The notes under the pieces are model-generated. The model searched no databases, was not told the origin of the DNA, and was given only the letters and a program-made list of their open reading frames with translations. The translations under genes were made by a program, and so were the position numbers. From Azolla caroliniana (taxonomy: Eukaryota; Plantae; Polypodiophyta), in the NCBI GenBank assembly GCA_043228905.1, contig JBHGNT010000018.1, forward strand, positions 4,030,001-4,094,000: a stretch of 64,000 bases of DNA, read 5' to 3'. Positions 62,031 to 64,000 of this stretch are shown here, one piece after another (the stretch's first letter is position 1; each line of letters opens with the position of its first letter).

Positions 62031-64000
62031 GTCGTTTGAGAACCTGTCGGACCGACCCGTGAAGAAAATAAAGCTTCGCATACAGGGTTCTCCAATCGAA
62101 GCCCAGACCAAGGTAGCTCCTGAGACCATGAAGAGAGGAAAAAAGCTTCTCTTTAACGAAGAGACAAAATCTCAGCCACATATTGATGTTAGCCAAAAGA
62201 AACTTGTCGCCGCTACTGGAGGTGAAGACCTTCCTGACTGAGATCTAATGGACAAGGAATGGTGTATGCAATATGTTGACTCAAAGAAAAAAGTCGTATT
62301 GTATACAACAAAGAAGAAGGGTGAGGGGCAGCTTGGAAAGGAAACCCCATTTATGTATGGCCGTATTCTACGATTTGACTATGAAGATGCAGATTAGGCC
62401 AACATACTGGTAATGATAGAGTGCTCCAAGGGGGTACGTAAAGTGTTCCTTTCAGAAGACCTTTTAGTAAAGGAATCTTGTGGGCCAGAAGCATTCAAAA
62501 AAGATCTTGAAAGCTCACAAAACCTTATTGTTACCTTGAGGCCTTATATACAAGGCCATGTAACTCTAAGAGATGAAGTGCCCTCCCCATTGAAGGCCAC
62601 AAAAAGGGTATCCAAAGTCCAGTCAAGACCACCAAAGAAGAAGACAACCAAAATGTCGGACACGGATTCAACAAGTGAAAACGAAGAGGAGGATAATAAG
62701 GGGACGCCAGGAGCTGAGCTGGCCTCAGGTGTTTTGTCATTCGAGCAGAATAAGATAAGGAGAGAGTTAATGCAACGGAAACTGGTCAGGAAAGGGCAAG
62801 TGTTTAATTTGCCTATAACACACATCCATTGGCCCCTTATTGATGAAAAAACAGGTTGACGACCACTTGAGATTAGAGAGCCACACCGCATGCATGTTCA
62901 AAATCTCAAGAAAAAAATGAAAATTAATCCTCATGCCACTGTGGTGCCTTTTATTGTTATGGTAGATCTTGAAGAATGTGAAACCATTAAAGATTTTGAT
63001 ATTAGAAAGCATGATCAATATAATTATTTTGTCATTGGTGGATCGCATTCAGCAGAGGCACGTCGGCAACTTGTGAGAGAACATCCAACAACTTTCTTCT
63101 TCAAGTATGCCGAGTGCAAAATTTATGTTGGGCTCACAACCGAAGAGGCTAAGCTGTTGGCATGGGACCATAATAATGATAATGACTATAGGTAGAAAAT
63201 GTTGTCCATTGAGCGTATACGGTTCTTCCACCACGAGTATTTAGACGTGAAACAAAAGTTTGGTGTGAAGTTACATCCAGGCCTCGACGTCAATGTCTGT
63301 ATGAAGTCGGCATTGTGGTAGATGATAATGTTAGGTCCGATGGTCTTCGAAAGTATGAGTCTTGGTTTCAATTGGCGTTTAGAGATGGAGAAGTATGGGA
63401 CCTACAAGATCAAATCTTCTCAATGTGGGAGAATAAGAAGGTAAAGGGTCAACGACAAAAGAAATGTAGGGTTGACCCTCAACTAGAGTTAAAGTCACAA
63501 GCCGCCAAGAAAATTGACTTGACAATTGAAGAAGCGGCAGACGACATGAAGCTGTCTCTATGGAGAGCGATGCAAGGTATTAAGGACGAGTAGCTTCTTG
63601 TGTCGGTTTTGTCAAGGGTTGTGGCGAAAGATTTAAGCCTTGAAGAAATGGTCACTGAGTTCAATAAGTAAGTCTTTCAAATACTGAAATTGTAGTCTAT
63701 CTGGTGTAATTCAAAGTTCTAATCTTGATTTCTAATTTTACAGTCATAAGGTGTACATGAAGATCCAAGAAGTTATGATGAAACAACTTGGATGTATAAC
63801 TTGGGAACAAGTGACCGAGGATTATCCTCTAACGTCTTCGTATAAGGCGTTATCAGAGTATTTTATTGCATTCAAGGATTGGGTTAGTATTCATGGTTTT
63901 TCATTACCCTTTCATCATATGTAGAGCTTGTATAATAATACCTGATGTCCTATTGCTTCTATTAGAAACCGTGTCGAGGCAAGAAACAAGGAGAAGTTAA
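62031..64000 (+). pseudogene. Spliced, degenerate gene with a ParB/Sulfiredoxin-like domain; continues beyond window
   Basis: Collinear ORF pieces 61963-62241, 62413-62859, 62890-63195 and 63315-63593, separated by TGA/TAG stops and one frameshift. IREP..HVQNLK..M...PFIVMV...YFVIGGSHSAEARRQL...KIYVGLTTEEAKLLAWDHN resembles the ParB/Srx core. GT-AG introns at about 63668-63743 and 63882-63965. Confidence 0.6.

Larger units (their letters stand above)
50608..64000. mobile_element. Putative large DNA transposon (Sola-like transposase plus divergent ParB-like gene); right end beyond window
   Basis: Chromovirus coding sequence breaks abruptly at about 50607, followed by the 3' region of the transposase. 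No second terminus is visible, so including the ParB-like gene is inference. Confidence 0.5.

Noticed and set aside
1-64000. Prokaryotic defence, CRISPR or operon systems
   Set aside because: The window is eukaryotic (spliceosomal introns, LTR elements). Even the ParB-like gene has GT-AG introns, which argues against bacterial contamination.

Overview
Eukaryotic land-plant nuclear DNA. A non-seed plant such as a fern is my inference from the gene and TE types and is not proven. A gene island at about 21.8-48.2 kb holds three intron-rich conserved genes: DSE1/TANMEI-like WD40 (+), RUS3-like DUF647 (+) and a C3HC-zinc-finger NIPA/ILP-like gene (-). A tRNA-Pro(CGG) lies at 16.6 kb. Two TE nests flank the island. 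Left nest: a young Copia sits in the PPT of a Gypsy, which itself sits in the integrase of an older Copia. Right nest: a Copia remnant carrying a hAT MITE is interrupted by a chromovirus fragment, which is cut by a Sola-like DDD-transposase element, which is in turn interrupted by a full-length Gypsy with LTRs that look identical. The most interesting observations are: (1) the Sola-like transposase is divergently paired with a spliced ParB/Srx-like gene, with an iterated palindromic 24-bp motif between them; (2) both related Gypsy elements have a conserved -1 frameshift signal (GGAUUUU plus H-type pseudoknot) placed after the protease; (3) both Gypsy elements border the same ACGG target; (4) two unrelated LTRs carry antisense tRNA-like cassettes. 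Everything was read by eye and family assignments rest on remembered motifs, not database searches.
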